A stretch of DNA of 63,828 nucleotides, the filler included, from Chiloscyllium plagiosum (taxonomy: Eukaryota), in NCBI RefSeq assembly GCF_004010195.1. It is 3 parts of one record of this genome, joined end to end, with 100 filler letters (N's around TTAATTAATTAA, not from the genome) between each part and the next. Parts side by side here need not be neighbours in the genome. Positions count along the whole stretch, not along the records: positions 1 to 29,053 come from NC_057717.1; positions 29,154 to 60,306 come from NC_057717.1; 1 more part is not named here. One strand, written 5' to 3'. Shown piece after piece: positions 22,253 to 34,655 of the stretch. The position numbers and the translations under genes are program-made. Each line of letters starts with the position of its first letter. The stretch's first letter is position 1. Below the pieces are notes generated by a model that was not told the origin of the DNA, did not search any database, and worked only from the letters and a program-made list of their open reading frames with translations.

Positions 22253-24460
22253 GAATCATAGACTCCCTACAGTGTGGGAACAGGCCCTTCGGCCCATCAT
22301 AGGTACCCTACAGTGAGATATCAGGCCCTTCGGCCCATCATAGAATCATAGACTCCCTACAGTGTGGGAACAGGCCCTTCGGCCCATCATAGGTACCCTA
22401 CAGTGAGATATCAGGCCCTTCGGCCCATCATAGAATCATAGACTCCCTACAGTGTGGGAACAGGCCCTTCGGCCCATCATAGGTACCCTACAGTGAGATA
22501 TCAGGCCCTTCGGCCCATCATAGAATCATAGACTCCCTACAGTGTGGGAACAGGCCCTTCGGCCCATCATAGACTCCCTACAGTGTGGGAACAGGCCCTT
22601 CGGCCCATCATAGACACCCTACAGTGTGGGAACAGGCCATTCGGCCCATCATAGTTCCCTACAGTGTGGGGACAGGCCCTTCGGCCCATCATAGACTCCC
22701 TACAGTGTGGGAACAGGCCCTTCGGCCCATCATAGGTACCCTACAGTGAGATATCAGGCCCTTCGGCCCATCATAGAATCATAGACTCCCTACAGTGTGG
22801 GAACAGGCCCTTTGGCCCATCATAGACTGCCTACAGTGTGGGAACAGGCCCTTCGGCCCATCATAGTCTCCCTACAGTGCGAGAACAGGCCCTTCGGCCC
22901 ATCATAGGTACCCTACAGTGAGATATCAGGCCCTTCGGCCCATCATAGAATCATAGACTCCCTACAGTGTGGGAACAGGCCCTTCGGCCCATCATAGTCT
23001 CCCTACAGTGTGGGAACAGGCCCTTCGGCCCATCATACTCACCCTACAGTGAGGGAACCGGCCCTTCGGCCCATTATCGACACACTACAGAGTGGGCATA
23101 GGCCCTTCGGCCCATCATAGTCTCCCTACAGTGCGAGAACAGGCCCTTCGGACCATCATAGACTCCCTACAGAGTGGGAACAGGCCCTTCGGCCCATCAT
23201 AGACTCCCTACAGTGTGGGAACAGGCCCTTCGGCCCATCATAGACTCCCTACCGAGTGGGAACAGGCCCTTCGGCCCATCATAGACTCCCTACAGTGTGG
23301 GAACAGTCCCTTCGGCCCATCATAGAATCATAGACTCCCTACATTGCGGGAACAGGCCCTTCGGCCCATCATAGAATCATAGACTCCCTACAGTGTGGGG
23401 ACAGGCCCTTCGGCCCATCAAAATATAATAGACTCCCTACAGTGTAGAAACAGGACCTTCGGCCCATCATAGACTCCCTTAATTGTGGGAACAGGCCCTT
23501 CGGCCCATCATAGAATCATTGACTCCCAACAGTGAGTGAACAGGCCCTTTGGCCCATCATAGAAACATAGACTCTCTACAGAGTGGGAACAGGCCCTTCG
23601 GCCCATCATACACATACCTACATTGCGGGAAAAAGCCCTTCGGCCCATCATAGACACCCTACAATGTGGGAACAGGCCCTTCGGCCCATCATAGAAACAT
23701 AGACTCCCTACAGTGTGGGAACTGGCCCTTCGGCCCATCATATACACCCTACAGTGAGGGAACTGGCCCTTCGGCCCATCATACACTCCCTACAGTGTGG
23801 GAACAAGCCCTTTGGCCCATTATAGACTCGCTATAGTGAGATATCAGGGCCTTCGGCCCATCATAGAAGCATAGACTCCCTACAGAGTGGGAACAGGCCC
23901 TTCGGCCCATCATAGGATCCCTACAGTGAGATATCAAGCCCTTCGGCCCATCATAGAATCATAGACTCCCTATAGTGTGGGAACAGGCCCTTCGGCCCAT
24001 CATAGACTCCCTGCAGTGTGGGAATAGGCCCTTCGGCCCATCATAGACTCCCTGCAGTGTGGGAACAGGCCCTTCGGCCCATCATAGAATCATAGACTCC
24101 CAATAGTGTGGGAACAGGCCGTTCGGCCCATCATAGACTCCCTGCAGTGTGGGAACTTGCCCTTCGGCCCATCATAGACTCCCTACAGAGTGGAAACAGG
24201 CCCTTCGGCCCATCATAGACTCCCTACAGTGTGGGAACAGGCCGTTCGGCCCATCATAGAAGCATAGACTCCCTACACTGAGGGAGCAGGCCCTTCGGCC
24301 CATCATAGAAGCATAGACTCCCTACAGAGTGGGAACAGGCCCTTCGGCCCATCATAGACTCCCTACAGTGCGGGAAAAGACCCTTCGGCCCATCATGGAT
24401 TCCCTACAATGGGGGAACAGGCCCTTCGGCCCATCATAGAATCATAGACACCTTACAGTG
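22253..24460 (-). repeat. Second array of the 41/49-bp CR1-tail satellite
   Basis: Same unit and orientation as 1013-7085; begins with a 90-bp higher-order dimer; runs into a gap. Confidence 0.97.
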
Positions 24461-24700
24461 NNNNNNNNNNNNNNNNNNNNNNNNNNNNNNNNNNNNNNNN
24501 NNNNNNNNNNNNNNNNNNNNNNNNNNNNNNNNNNNNNNNNNNNNNNNNNNNNNNNNNNNNNNNNNNNNNNNNNNNNNNNNNNNNNNNNNNNNNNNNNNNN
24601 NNNNNNNNNNNNNNNNNNNNNNNNNNNNNNNNNNNNNNNNNNNNNNNNNNNNNNNNNNNNNNNNNNNNNNNNNNNNNNNNNNNNNNNNNNNNNNNNNNNN

Positions 24701-24985
24701 ACCTGCCCATCTTCCTACCCATCTATCCACTCCACCTTCCACTCACAACTATCACTATCACCATCCACCTTCATCTACCTCTCGCCTTCCAAGCTACCTT
24801 TCCACAATCCCCACCCACTCCCATTTATCTCTCAGTCCCCTTCTTCCCAGCTCCCTCATTCCTGATGAAGGCTTTTTGCCCGAAACGACGAATTTCCTGG
24901 GCTTCAGCTGGTGCCTGACTGGCTGTGCTTTTTCGAGCATCACACTATTTGACACTGATCTCCAGCATCTGCAATCTTCACTTTG
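24701..24985 (+). mobile_element. Penelope-like element 3' end with hammerhead-like motif
   Basis: C-rich 3' region, then ATTC-CTGATGA-AGGCTTTTTGCCC-GAAAC-GAC-GAAT and CTCCAGCATCTGCA. Confidence 0.8.
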
Positions 24986-24989
24986 GCCT

Positions 24990-25843
24990 GATGAAGTATT
25001 TGCACAGGTTAGGAGACTGAGCAAAGAAATGGCAGATGGAGTATAACGTGGAAAAATGTGAGATCATACAGTTTGCCACGAGGAATAGAGGCATGGACTA
25101 TTTTCTAAATAGCAAGTCAATTGAGGATCTGAAGTGCAAAAAGATTCGGGGTTTCTAATCCAGGAGTCTCGAATGATAAACGTACAGGTTGTCAGTGGTT
25201 TACAAGGCAAATCCAATGATGGCATTTATTTCAAGAAGGCTTGAATATAAAAAAAAGAAAGTACTTCTGAGGCTCTATAAGGTTTTGTTCAGGCTACGTT
25301 TGGATTATTGTGCGCAGGTTTGCGTCCCATATCTCAGGAAGTACTGGTCATGGAGCATTTTCAGAGCAGATTCACGAGAATGGTCCCTGAAATGAAAAGC
25401 ATAAAATATGAGGAAAGATTGGGGGCTCTGGGTCCATATTTAATACGGTTCAGAAGGATGTTAGGAAATTTAATTGAACTGTGCAGAATACTGAATGACG
25501 TGGACAACGTGTATTTTGTGAAGATATTTTCAATGGTAGGAGAGATTAGGAACAGAGGGGACAGATTAAAGAGAAGATATTTTAGAACAGAGTTAAGGAG
25601 GAGCCTCTTCAGCCAGAAAGTGGTGAATCTATGGAATTCACTGCCACAGAAGGCTGTTGAGGCCAGGTCATGGAGTATATTTAGGACTGAAATAGAAAAA
25701 CTCTTGATTTTAAAGGGGATCAAGGGGTAGGTGTAAAAAGTGGGAGAATGGGGTTGAGAAACTTAACAGCCATCATTGAATGGCAGTGCAGACTCAATGG
25801 GCTGAATGGCCAAATTTCTGCTCCAATTTCTTCTGGTCATATG
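24990..25843 (+). mobile_element. CR1 LINE 3' end
   Basis: LYKVLFRLRLDYCAQVCVPYLRK; RFTRMVPEMKSIKYEERL; FSQKVVNLWNSLP; 3' UTR GGGCTGAATGGCC. Confidence 0.9.
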
Positions 25844-25849
25844 GTTAAT

Positions 25850-26570
25850 TTTTTGTTCGCCTCACTCCCCATTGTAGATGTATCCTGGAAATTTATCTTT
25901 ATATCAGTTATAAAGAGTAATATGTCGATGACCGGGCAATATCATGTTCCCTCCATCCAGTCTCACCAGCCATGTCCCCCAATTCCATGTGTGATTTGTC
26001 TCCTCCCCAATATCATAATCACACTGCAATTGAAGACCAGTGATTGGCACTTCATCACAGTTAATTGACATCAATGAAGTTAACAGCAGGATCTTCACCT
26101 GCCATCTCTGATCCTCGAATTATCATCTGAATTGCGTTTGTCATGTTATATTCTCTGTTAACATATCCATGCCATTTGACTGTTATAAACCATGTTGTCT
26201 TAAGCGCATTTTCCTGTCAGATAATGGACAATGAAAGTTCTCTCCGTGTTCTATTGACGTTGTAATCAACGATCAGTAACCGGGTTGAACCGGGTTGAAC
26301 TGAATTCCTGCTCATGACAGGTAAATTTTGGAATAGCGGAAGTCTTCAGTTCCAAACAAAAATTCCTTTCTGTATAAATTATAAGTATCAAACTACTATT
26401 TATACATCACTCGCTGATATGTGGCAAGGAACCAGACTGTTCTCAAGCTTCATAAACCTTTTTGCCCTTCACATTTTTACATCTCCATGTCCTCCCCACT
26501 CACCGATTCTGTCCAATACCACCGTTATGATACCTCAGTCTCGTCCTCAGTCTCAGTGCAACTTCTGAAT
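25850..26570 (-). mobile_element. Old degenerate CR1 fragment, similar to 9240-9850
   Basis: Shared segment CTGTTAACATATCCATGC and similar downstream sequence; boundaries approximate. Confidence 0.5.
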
Positions 26571-26689
26571 AAACCATGATTTGTGCCGTGGTTCAATCTG
26601 GATGCAACAGTTACAAGTCCCTTCTAACCACATGCCCATCAAAATAATTGCTCTTGAGAATGTTTAACTTGTTCTCTGCAAAAACGGGA

Positions 26690-27600
26690 AGACAGTTTAT
26701 GGAGGCCAAATCATTGACTCATAATCAAGCGCCACAGAATAAAGGTCTTTTGATAACTCATGAAGGAAATTGGTGCAATTTAAAAACAACCATTATCATT
26801 TGTTATAAAAGTCCATCTACTTGCCTCAAGTCGTTTAGGGAAGTCAATGTGTCATCTTTCCCTGGTCAGGTTTCTGTGTGACTTCCGTTATGAAGATGTG
26901 GGCGTACTGTACCTTTAAGAAAATTAAAAAGATAATTACTTCCTGGCAGCCCCAAATGTTCTGAAAAATGATAAAATGTAACACTTGGTGGAATAACTCG
27001 ATTAGCTGGTTGCCGGGAGACAAAAACAAATTCAACCAATCTGTTTAAATTACACCCCAAAACGCACAGCTCCAAATAAGCTTGAATTTAAAATATTGTC
27101 AATCTTATAAGACAATGACAGAATCCAATGCTTTCGGTTTGCAGGACCTGGGAAATTGAACAGTTGAGAGGAGAACTGCCAAGCTATTACCATGTAAAGA
27201 TTGCCTGAAAAATAGCTTTCATGAAAGTACCTTTATTAAACAGTAACTGTTGAAGCAAAATCCCCAAGAACAAAAAAAGACAGGAATACGCAGAAGAACT
27301 GAAAGCTTCCTGGTTTAGAGATAAAATGTTTTGTTTTGTGAATCTTAATTAGGACTCTAGTATTGTGGAGCAGGAAGGTCAAATATAGGTGAGAGGACGA
27401 AGTTGGAAATAGTCGTTGGTTTATTATTCGCTTTTATACTTTCAGAAGTAAAGTTGTTAATTTTTACTTTAAATAGGTTTGGACTCGAAATTTATCACAG
27501 ATTACTGCACAGAATAAATCTTTTCTCTGTTGCTGGTTTTAAATTAAGCAGGAGAATGTATCCTGTGTTGTAACACTACAAACCCACAGCAATGCGTTTT
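26690..27600 (+). mobile_element. Degenerate SINE (Deu-domain/SacSINE-like) split by a solo LTR
   Basis: ...TTTAGGGAAG...CCTGGTCAGG...GTGACTTC stops at 26885 and resumes as AACCCACAGCAATG at 27581; a related opposite-strand copy lies at 29300-29660. Confidence 0.55.
26886..27575 (+). mobile_element. Solo LTR (~690 bp) of an LTR retrotransposon or ERV
   Basis: Termini (C/T)GTTA...TAACA; AATAAA ~60 bp from the 3' end; imperfect 4-bp TSD CTTC/CTAC; cleanly interrupts a SINE. Confidence 0.7.
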
Positions 27601-29097
27601 ATTCGAACCCAGCCTGGAATTCACAGTAACATTATGCAACCCACACTAACTGTGTGTGTCAGTCTTGAGGGACTGAATGAGATGCTGTATTACTGTGGAC
27701 CAGGTATTTGGTGTTGCCCCCATCTGCGCCTGTGCAGGAGGTTTCAGAGTCTAAATGGAACATATGAACATAGGACTGAGGATCAAGAGTTGGTAATCAG
27801 ACATTTAGTCATGGTTCCAGCAGGCACTAAGATCTTGGCTGATCTGATTGCGATCTCAGCAGCTCTTTTCTCACTGTATATATTTTCCTAAATTCACTTG
27901 CCTGTCAAACGTTTGAATACAATACAACTTTGAATAAATGCAAACATCCAGGCACCACAAACGTCTGGGAAAGGGAATTCCCACTTGAACTGCCCGAAAA
28001 TAATTTCTCATTTGTGTTCCGATCAATGTTGGAGGGTCACTGTTTGCTTTTCCAGCCCTACTCTTCCACTGGTTACAACAAATTTTAAATTTAACCAGTT
28101 TAGTGATATTACCAATTGTGTAGGTCTCACACTGGCCATTTTTTGGAAAATTATGAGACACAAAAAGTTGAACACATCACAAGTGGTAAAATGGGAGAGT
28201 GTCCCAAATTGTTTTCTGCTTTTGAAGTTAGTCTGTTCACAGAAGCTGCTGGAAGTGGAATTTCTTTCAAGGAAAGTTGGATTTGGCTGAATTCCCTTTG
28301 CTTCAGGCTGTGGAGAGATTCCAATGAATACTCATCAGGAATCCTTGAAAAGTGGTAAAGGTAACTCAGGAATTTTATGGTCTCACATTTTGCTACCAGT
28401 TGGAACAGAGTAAGAGAAATGGATCAATCGGCGGCTGCTAATTAGGCAGGGAAACGTTTTCGCCCTCTCTGTGTTAGAGCATAAAATAACTTCAATTGAA
28501 CACCAAACTGGGCCATGTGCGCTCTCCATGAATGGATGATAATGAACTATATGCAGGTGCCTAGTTGCAGTTGTTGAGCACAGTGCTTTCATTCGCAAAA
28601 AGAAATGCCCCCGCTTTATAATTTGATGACATGTTTATAAGTGTCTGCATAATTTGCAAATATTAGTCGATGTGTTTATAATACGTGTGCTAAATCAATA
28701 TTACTTATTCTTAAATTGAGTTTCTACTTTAATCTCCTTAACAAGAGAAAATACGCATTCAGCTGATACACTTTTCAGAAAGTCATGGATGGTTTAATAA
28801 GATTTATCATCTAAGATCGAAACTGATAATCCACAATAAAAAATGCATTCATTCCGTGAATGAGTAAGTGGAAACATCGTTGGAAATCATCTGAAAGAAT
28901 TATCTTTTTTTAGTTTAGGGGATCAAACCTTCACACAGTGTATCTGATGTGGTCTCAGCATTACCCTGTACAGATGCAGCGAAACATTCCTCACTAAACC
29001 TGATATCTTTTTGCCAGAAACAACATCGTTCCACTTACCTTCCAAATCACTTGNNNNNNNNNNNNNNNNNNNNNNNNNNNNNNNNNNNNNNNNNNNN

Positions 29098-29109
29098 TTA
29101 ATTAATTAA
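29098..29109. other. Artificial scaffold linker TTAATTAATTAA inside a 100-bp N gap
   Basis: All-frame-stop palindrome centred in Ns; identical construct at 60351-60362. Confidence 0.9.
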
Positions 29110-29299
29110 NNNNNNNNNNNNNNNNNNNNNNNNNNNNNNNNNNNNNNNNNNNNAGAATGGTGGAGACTCAATGTGTTGTATGACCTCCACCTTTCCCAAT
29201 ATTTCTGTGCAGTCTGTGGGAAATCTCTGTAAATGTTGTTACAAACTCTCAGATGTTAGGAAGGATGTCTGTGCAGGGTCGTCAGGACTAAGTTTTCAC

Positions 29300-29660
29300 A
29301 TCCCTTTTTCCGATATTGAGGCTGGCGCTGGGTGTTCTGTCCGGTTTTTCCTTTAAGACCTCTGAGCAGTTTGATACAATTGAGTGTCTTGCTTGGCCGT
29401 TTCAGACACATTGAATAGATAATCACATGACTGTGTGCCTGGAGTCACTTTTAGGCCACACCAGGAAAGCACGGGAGATTCACTTCCTGAATGTACATTA
29501 GGGGAGGAGATCGATGTTTCAATCGACATTGGCTTCAAGCTCACTGTTACTGACACCAGATTTTCCGACTCGATATGTTATTAATTGCCCTAAACTTCCA
29601 GAGCATTATCCTGGTATGGATTAGTAATCCATGACATTTCCAGAACAACACCGTCTCCAC
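29300..29660 (-). mobile_element. Degenerate SINE (Deu-domain/SacSINE-like)
   Basis: CTGGAGTCAC...AGGCCACACCAGG is the reverse complement of the core at 26840-26885. Confidence 0.5.
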
Positions 29661-29699
29661 ATTGGCGCCTACCAGAAACCACACAGAGCAGTTTATTTT

Positions 29700-30640
29700 T
29701 GTGCTGCTTGACAGCTCTGTCAAAAATAACTCCCACCAATGTGACTTTCGTGATGGGACTGAGAGGCTGGTAATTGGTCAGATTGTAATTATTCCTCACT
29801 TCGGGGACTGGATATGGTTGAGTAATTTTTCACATCGGCACGAAGACGTCAGAGTTCGAGCTAGAAGGAAACAGCTTCCCCAGGGACACGGCTTGTTATG
29901 CAGCACAAGTTTTCAGTCCTATTGCAGGAATGGGGTCAGGGCCAATTTCCATTGTTGTATCTATTTTTTTTCTCTTTTTTTTCTTACTATTTTCTTTTTC
30001 TTTTCTCTTTTTTTCTTTCTTTTTTTTCCGGTGTGTGTGTATATGTGTGAGACACAGTGAACCTTTGTTGTATCTACTGTGTTCAGCTGTTTATTCATGT
30101 CACGTATAGCGAATCGATTTGATAGAATACTGGCGTCTGTGATTTTGTAGGCCTCATGAGGAGTCTGGTGTAGATCCTCCACTCCAGACTTTTGGCGGCG
30201 AATAGTGCAGATACTACATCCTTGTCTTTTACACTGATGTACAGGGGTGTTCCGTTATTTAGGATATGGATATTTGTGGAGTCCACTCCTCCAGTAAGGT
30301 GTTTAAAATCCATCGAGATTTATTCCTGGATGTTGCAGGACTCCAGAGCTTAGATCTTATCTGTTAGACTTGGGATAATTTCTCCCTCACCACTAGATAT
30401 TAGTTCAACTGTTTGGAATGTAACTGGTCAAGTGGGTTGTCAACAGGTTGAGGTCCACATGATTCTGACCTTGGCAGGTGCACGCACACTCGTCACTGAA
30501 CCTTAGATCAGCTTGATGGTAATAGTAGACTGAAGGATTATCCTGGGGACAAGTTTACAGATTGTGTTTGAATGCAATTCTGCTGCTACAGCTGCTGTGA
30601 TCTACAGCACCACATGAATACCTAGTTTGAGCCGCATTAT
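29700..30640 (-). mobile_element. LINE ORF2 linker fragment (CR1/L2 group) containing a T-rich/TG microsatellite; duplicated at 37305-38120
   Basis: KHLTGGVDSTNIHILN, GPDPIPA and LKTCA match the motifs KQLTGGGGSTNIPILN and GPDNIPAIVLKTCA. Confidence 0.75.
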
Positions 30641-31059
30641 CCGCAATTCAATTCGACTGACTGCTCCCCAATTCACACCAAGTCCCGTACACCCATTAGC
30701 CCTGTACTCAGTTACCTGGTTTCTGCTTTGGGAACACTTCCATTTTCATATTCTCATTCTGCTAAGGGTCACTCCCTGGTGTTACGCCTCCAATTTTTGC
30801 ATTACTCAAATACTTTAACATAATCATCTGAATCTTTTCCATTCCTGTAATGTCGTCTTCGCTGTTTGAAGTTAATGTGTTTCCCGCTGTTTCTCTCCCT
30901 GACCATGATTAATAACTCTTCAGTATCCGGGATTACCGCTTTATGTAGTTTCAGAACCCAGGAATTTGTAACCTTTGCCTTATCATTCACTTCCCAGTGT
31001 ATGGGGTTCCGTGTTGGACAGGGCTTTTGAGCATCTTTGATGAACATTGTTGGAAGTCG

Positions 31060-31400
31060 TTCAAAAGCAGGAATTGCTGAATAAACTAAGCAGGTTTGGC
31101 AGCATCTTGTGGAGTGAGAGCAGAGTTAATCTTTCGGGCCCAGTGTCCCTTCTACAAAGCTCCCAATTTCTCCAGCATTTTTCTTTTGAATTTTGTCTCC
31201 AGTATCCATCGTTATTGGTTTAATTGAAAACTTGTGCTGTGCTATTCATTTCTGGAGAGCTCAGCAGGTCTGGCAGCATCTGCAGAGTCAGAGAAACAGA
31301 GCTGGCGTTTCAAGCCCAGTGTGACACTTCCACTGAACTGAAAAGTCTTGGAAACTGGGCTTTTGAATCCCTTGGCATAGGTGGGGGATGGGTGACAGGG
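31060..31400 (-). mobile_element. Two short Penelope-type terminal remnants; duplicated at ~38540-38880
   Basis: CTCAGCAGGTCTGGCAGCATCTG...CAGAGTTAA..TTTCG motif of shark PLE ends. Confidence 0.55.
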
Positions 31401-31819
31401 AAAAGAGGGCGTGGCGAAGGATAAACCGGCTTTTAGCAATGAGGAATGAGAAGATGACGTAAATTGGTTTCAAATTAAGATGTGAATGGGGGAAATGGGG
31501 TTTCCTCTGCTGAGAGTAAGATAAAGAAGACGCAAACACGCAACGTCATAGGGAGGCCAGGAGGAAGAATGTTGAACATATGGTATCATATTGATCTGGC
31601 CAGAGATACATTTTCACTGTAGAAATAATCACCCCTTCAGACAAACGATTTCAGGTGTTTGACGTCTTACTGGTACTAGTCAGAGTTTCATGCTGCATCA
31701 GTATTGTAACATGAAGAAAAACAAATCACAGTATGAAGTTTTGGGTTGAGTGTTGTTTTCCTGTCATTTTAAATATTGTTTCAAATTTGCTGTGTTATGC
31801 TTAAATGATTATTCTTGAA

Positions 31820-32200
31820 GTTACTATCAGATGGCGTGCAGGAAGTTGGGGGGTGACATTGTAGAAGTTTATAAAATCATGGGAGGCATGGATAGGGAGA
31901 ATAGGGGAATACAAATAAAGAGGGCACAGCTTTAAGATGAAAGGGGAAGATATAAAAAGGACAAGGGGCAACTATTTCACGGAGTGGGTGATATGTGTAT
32001 GGAATGAGCTGCCAGTAGTTGATGCAAGTGCAGTTACGACATTTCAAAGACATTTGTACAAATATGTGATTGGGAGATATTTTGAGGCATATGGGGCAAA
32101 TGCAAGCAGATGGGACTTATTTAGTTTGGACAACCTGGTCAGCATGAACAAGTTGAATCAAAGGTTCTGTTTGTGTGCTAAATCACTGCATAAATCTAGA
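31820..32200 (+). mobile_element. CR1 3' end; duplicated at ~39300-39700
   Basis: RGDIVEVYKIMGGMD, RGNYFTEWVICVWNELP. Confidence 0.85.
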
Positions 32201-32384
32201 AAGGGAGGAAAAAGGAAGAAAAGATATGACGTAAGCAAATTGGCAAAAAAGATTTTAAAAAGGCATCACGTGCTTTTCGGAGTATATTAAAAAGTCGTTC
32301 AGAATGAGTGTGTAACCTTTGGTAGAGATGAAGTGCGGAAAGTGTATTGAGCATATTTGGATGGTGTGACTGGGGAATTGGCCA

Positions 32385-32480
32385 GAGGTGAAAATGTGTT
32401 CCTGAAAAGCGCAGCAGGTCAGGCAGCATCCAAGGAACAGGAGAATCGACGTTTTGGGCATAAGCCCTTCCTCAGGAATT
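32385..32480 (-). mobile_element. Penelope-like terminal fragment with hammerhead-like core; duplicated at ~39888-39984
   Basis: GAAAATGTGTT..TG.AAAAGCGCAGCAGGTCAGGCAGCATCC...CGACGTTT.GGGCATAAGCCCTT..TCAGGAAT. Confidence 0.75.
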
Positions 32481-32629
32481 GGCCAGAGGGAACAGGCAGA
32501 TCATTTACACTAGTATTTTACATCATCCTTCACAGGGGAAGGCACTGTAAGTATTTCAGTGATATGAACAAAATGGTAATAGGAAGGAAGTTCATGAACT
32601 GCCTCTATCAAAAGGAATAAGGTTTTTAA

Positions 32630-33900
32630 CAAACAGATAAGATTAAGGGTAGACAGGTCAGCAGTAATTCATAGTTGGTTTTAAAAGAAATGGTTACAGA
32701 GTGACTAGTAGCTCTGTGTGATATATTCCATAACTCTTTGGATTACAGGGGTAGTCCAGTGAAATTGGAGAATCTCCAATGTGGCGCCTATCTTCAACAA
32801 CGGAGTGAGACTGAAAGCTGCAACCATTTAGCCTCAGCATTATTGCTAGGAATGTGTTAGAGTCTGTTATTAAGGAAAGAATTGCTGGACATTTAGAAAA
32901 GCTTCACGCAGAGTCAGCATGGTTTTGTGAATGTGCATCTATATTTTGCCCTGTAAAATCACGCAAAGTTTTTTTCTGAATATCCCTGAGAATGTAACAT
33001 GCGCACTTGCTGGTAGACACGAGGCTTTCCAGAGATTTTCCACGAGATAGAACAAATTAAACGTTCTTACACAAGACAGAGGGTCATAGGATGATGGAAT
33101 ACGTATTCGCATGAAATAACGATTGGTTAACACAAAAATCGGCCAGTCAGGATTCATCGATCTTTCTGATAAAAAAAACTATCTACTGGAGTACCACAAA
33201 TATCATTACGACGGTTTCAGTCGTACAACCTATACTGACAGCGTGACGGCAGAAGTTGAGTGCAATATCCATCCAAGTTTGAGGATGACACTGAGAACCA
33301 AAAGGCAGATTTTTTTATTTAATAAAGAGGACTCCCAAACTAAAGAGCAGTGCAAAGAGATTGGAGTGTTCTTGTGTATGAAACATAACGTCAGCACACA
33401 ATGCAGCTAGTAACTCGGCTGGTTCATTCAGCGCAATCCTGGGATGAAAGGATTGAATTATTGCGTACATCTAAAATGGTGAGACATTATTCTTTGTGGT
33501 TGAACTGAAATAGAGTGATATTACTGAAACGTACAAGATACAGTGGGGGCTTGACAAGGTAAATTCTGAGAATATGGTTCCACTCTTGGGCAAAGTTTCG
33601 AACACGGGGACATAGATACAGAATAAGGGATATCGATTTCCAACTGAGATGTAGAGAAATGTATTCTTTCAGACGGTAGTGAATGTCTGGTTGTCCCTAA
33701 GTCACGTTGTGTAGTCTGAGTCACTGCATGCATTTACAGAACAGGGTGGATTGTTTTTTGACGTATCAGCAGGTTGAGGGATACGAGGGGTTAGCAGGAC
33801 ATTGGAGGTGAGCATTGGATTCGATCAGCCATGTTCTTAATGAATAACAGGGCAGAATTGAGGGGGCGAATAGCCTGCTCCTCTTCCTATTTCTTACATT
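32630..33900 (+). mobile_element. Old CR1 RT region to 3' UTR, heavily deleted; duplicated at ~40130-41400
   Basis: CAGAGTCAGCATGGTTTTGTG (QSQHGFV) and 3' UTR GATCAGCCATG...GGGCGAATAGCCTGCTCCT. Confidence 0.7.
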
Positions 33901-34655
33901 TTTATGCATTGCTTTTGGAAAGAAACTGGTTATTTTCTTGGAAGTCGTGTTGCACAATGTTGCATTCAGGGAAAGAAATGGATTTGTTTGAGTTAACCCT
34001 CTTTGGGGTATAGGGGTTGTATACACAGTGAATCTGGGTCTGTAACATGACCCACATCCAGAGCAGAAGTTACAAACAGATGGAAAAGTCTGGAAAGAGG
34101 GATTAGGTTTGCAAGTTACTTCCTGACCGATCCCGGATTTTCCAAGTACATTTTTCAAAACTGCACCGAACCATCGGTGTGGCCTCGATCTGCCCCTGTG
34201 TAGCAGGTCCGAAGGGCTGAATGGAACAACAGAACAGAGGGCTGAGGGACACGAGCAGGCCGTTCGGCCCTTTGCCACTACTCCACCAGTAAATAAGGTC
34301 GTGTCTCATCTCCTTGTGGTCCCAGCTGCACTTTTTACTCCATGCACCATTATCGCTGATTCACCTGTCTGTGGACAATCAGACAAAGCCAGCCTCGATA
34401 TAATATAAAGGTTCAGCCATCCCAAACTTCTGCGTGACTTTCTGTTCGTGACTTTCTCCTCACTCCGGTTCTGAGATTGGGCGGTGTCACTGTTTCCTTT
34501 ACCAGTCCCACTCCTCCACTGTCCACAAAAAAATTGAAATGTAACCAGACTGCTGATATGGCTGATGGTAAAATTCTCAGACTGGGTCAGTTTCATTGAT
34601 AGGACCAAGTCAGGCCGATTTTTTTAGTCAGACACAAATAACGAATATATCTAAT

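Noticed and set aside
29098..29109. TTAA-rich palindrome as a piggyBac site or regulatory motif
   Set aside because: It is centred in a 100-bp N gap and repeated at 60351, so it is an assembly linker.
33766..34608. 170-aa and 100-aa ORFs conserved in two places
   Set aside because: Conservation only reflects the 7.5-kb duplication; they overlap TE remnants and show no protein motifs.
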